From Nageia nagi (taxonomy: Eukaryota; Plantae; Pinophyta), in assembly GCA_050084985.1 (NCBI GenBank), contig JBITNC010000001.1, forward strand, positions 1,922,001-1,986,000: 64,000 nucleotides of DNA, read 5' to 3'. Below, one piece after another: positions 61,331 through 64,000 of the stretch. Numbering within the stretch: position 1 is the first letter of the stretch; the number at the start of each line of letters is the position of its first letter. The notes beneath the pieces were generated by a model. That model made no database searches, had not been told where the DNA came from, and worked only from the letters and a program-made list of their open reading frames with translations. Both the position numbers and the translations under genes were made by a program.

Positions 61331-62789
61331 GGTGACCATCCTCTTGCTCTGAATGGAGCGAGATAGGGTACTAACCAAGATCCTCTACACTAAAGCCCAA
61401 TCTATTGCTCTCAAACTTGGGCCCCATACCTTTGCCCAATAGAGTATTGTGGATGTTGGAAGAGTTGGAGCTTGGACAGGATGTCCTAAAAATGTAACTA
61501 GAAGCATTGTCTCTCTATAATTGAAACTATTGTGTATCCTCTATGGACTCTCAAAGGGGTTGTCACCGTCATGGAGAATTTGGGGCCAAGAAGATTACTC
61601 CCAAGTAGATGAAGGAGTGGTAGTCTCAACAATGCTATCCTGGAAGGTGATCTGAGTCGACTCCAAAGTGATCCTAGAGACATTCAAGGCTACAATCTTA
61701 GTTTTTTTTATGATTCAAAGTAAACTCCTACTTTTACTGATAACTGGAACATTATGGTAAGGACCTAAATCAAGTTGCCTTGTTCTTGACTTCATGTTAA
61801 GGGTATTGATAGTACTGCCAAATTCTATAAACCAATCCGATGTTTACATTCCTTGCAACCGATCGGATTGCAATATCATGTCAACAACAGCATCCTTGGT
61901 TCCGACACTATTGTGTATCGTTTGTGTTGACTCGTCTTCAAGACAAGCTATTCAAGACACAACAACACAACCATGTGGTATCCACCTGACTGCACAATGG
62001 GCAGTGCCAACTCGACAATAACAATCGATGGTGTCGATGAGCAGTGTCAACCCGATAGCATTAGCCAATGGTGTCAACCTAGTTGCACTTCATGTCGTTG
62101 TCGTATTGGAAATTGGACATCATCAAACTTGAACTTGACTTCAAGATCCAACCTCAAAACTAACTTTTCACACTCTCTACTCAGAAACATAACCGCAACC
62201 GCATTCCATACCAAACGTGACCGCATTATAGTAAATGCAACCAGACAAGAGACCATGTTCATGTCAACCTGTTTGCATCTCGCCTTGTTGTCGTTCCGAT
62301 TGCAAGTAAGATTTTGATCAATTAGACAGCAAAAAATTGAGTTTGGCCTGACTGTATCTATGACTATTCTAGGAAGCTGAAATGCCGTGAAGTTGAATCG
62401 ACTAAATATGGAATGCCAATGGTCATGGTAGTGAATCGTTAACTTTAATGGAATTGACTTGTACCTAACTTTGAGGGTAATGGAGGACTCGAGAGTTCTA
62501 AGAGCTATTTTTGCAGACTATTGGTTGATTGTTTGTAGCCCTTCTAAGATTGTATTTTTGTCTTGGATCATTAAACAAGGCCTAGAGCTGAATTGAAAGT
62601 GGATATTTCCCCACATTAGTGTTTACCACTATAAATCATTTGTCTCTATTGTGTGAATTAATTATATCATTGTTTTATCAGTAGTTAATCGGATTTGCAC
62701 TTGAGATTGTCAATTGGAAATAGATAATCCATAATTGTTAGTAATAGTCAAAATATGGCTATCCATTACAGATCAAAAAAGAGTCAAAT

Positions 62790-64000
62790 GCATCCATCAA
62801 ATCATGTAGGCCCTGTATTGTGTGAGAAAGTAGAACTATATCATCGAACTCATCTCAAGGTGTGTGGTCTCTAGGATGGACTCTAGTTCGTCAATGTAAA
62901 GCCCAAAATAAGTTGATGTGAGAGGGCAACCTTGCTTCACTCTAATCATGTTGAGAATGTTGTCTAAGAGGACCTCAACGGTATGGACTCAACCTGATAG
63001 AGTCTTGTAGAGAGTCACGATGGGTAAGAGGGCAATCTCAGGAACTCCCAAGCGTCGAAGTATTTCCATGAGCCTATGTCGCAGAACTATGTCAAAGGCC
63101 TTTCTAAAGTCTACAAAGCAGCAAAAGACAAGTCTTCTAGAATTTGGCCTCTTTAATAACCACGTTGATAGTGAAAATATGATCTAAAGTGAAATAATTT
63201 CTATGAAAACCTACCTGACCGCCTGCTTTGAACCCTCTTAGGGCCATATGGGAGATGTAGTCCTCTAGGATGGTGCATATAACTTGGCCAAGGTATGGTT
63301 GATCATGATAGTGCAGTAACTGCTCAATTCATTACGATCACCAGATAGTTGAGAGAAAACTAGAGCATATGATATTGTTAAAGAGCTTAGAGAAGATGGA
63401 GGGGAGAGTGAAATTGGCATACTTCAAGAATTCAACGTCAAGGTTCTCAATATCTAGGGCTTTGCCTTGATTAAGTCCATGGATTGCATTGTGGACAAGG
63501 GGTGGGGAGATGTCTGAAGGGGGGGCATGAGATGAGGAGGGATGGATTTTGGCTAGGAACATTGTAGAGATGAGGCATACTCTTTCCAAGCTTGGAGGTT
63601 GATGGAGCTTGAATGTGTTTTTTTGGTAAAAAAGAGTGCCAAGTGAATTCTCCTAAGAGATGCGGCTCTCGTAAGGGAGTAAGGGAGATACATAACTAGT
63701 GTGCATGGGTGTTAATTCCCTACAACCAAGTCATAGGGGATAAACAATCACTGACTAAGAAGACAACTCCTCCTAATCCTCGACCTCAAGGATTTGTAGC
63801 CTAAGAGAGGAGGAAGCCCCTTAACAAGGCTCTCATGTGTCTCAATGAAGGAGTATCAAGTCAGTCTAGTGGATGATGTCTCGAATTGAACTTGGAGAAG
63901 ACCAAAGCATAACACTAGCTTAGTTATCTTAGACATATATCTAAAAATGTTGAAAGGTATCAATCTCGAGGCACGTATCTCCTTTCCTTGGAAGAGTGAT
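62790..64000 (-). mobile_element. RTE-X-like LINE RT fragment running off the window
   Basis: Minus strand reads LNQGKALD...EFLK, IMI..TLAKL, VFCCFVDFRKAFD, GVKQGCPL and DDIVLLSH. Confidence 0.85.

Noticed and set aside
61795-62770. Possible additional solo LTR
   Set aside because: It has LTR-like composition and truncates the LINE, but I could not define matching termini or a TSD.

Overview
Repeat-saturated plant nuclear DNA. The very long TE-filled introns, the LINE types and the large LTRs suggest a large-genome non-angiosperm such as a gymnosperm (inference). It holds the 3' half of one host gene on the minus strand, a conserved plant coiled-coil protein: six exons at 54866-22541, introns of about 24.0 kb and 7.3 kb, 5' exons outside the window. 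One exon is 104 nt long and shifts the frame, but a cryptic donor could rescue it. The rest is nested transposons: (1) an L1 remnant split by a short-LTR non-autonomous element (11278-20980), itself carrying a full-length degenerate Ty1/copia (12082-18163, TSD CACTC); (2) two related Gypsy elements (24829-30268 and 35192-44690) encoding Gag, zinc knuckle and protease, with RT/RNaseH/integrase replaced by a ~30-33 bp repeat array; (3) two hAT transposase relics and a hAT MITE; (4) five RTE-X-like LINE copies; (5) solo LTRs, one with a ~180-bp tandem array. The most striking structure is a perfect 102-bp inverted repeat with a 3-nt loop (24663-24869) in a host intron, spanning an LTR/host junction.
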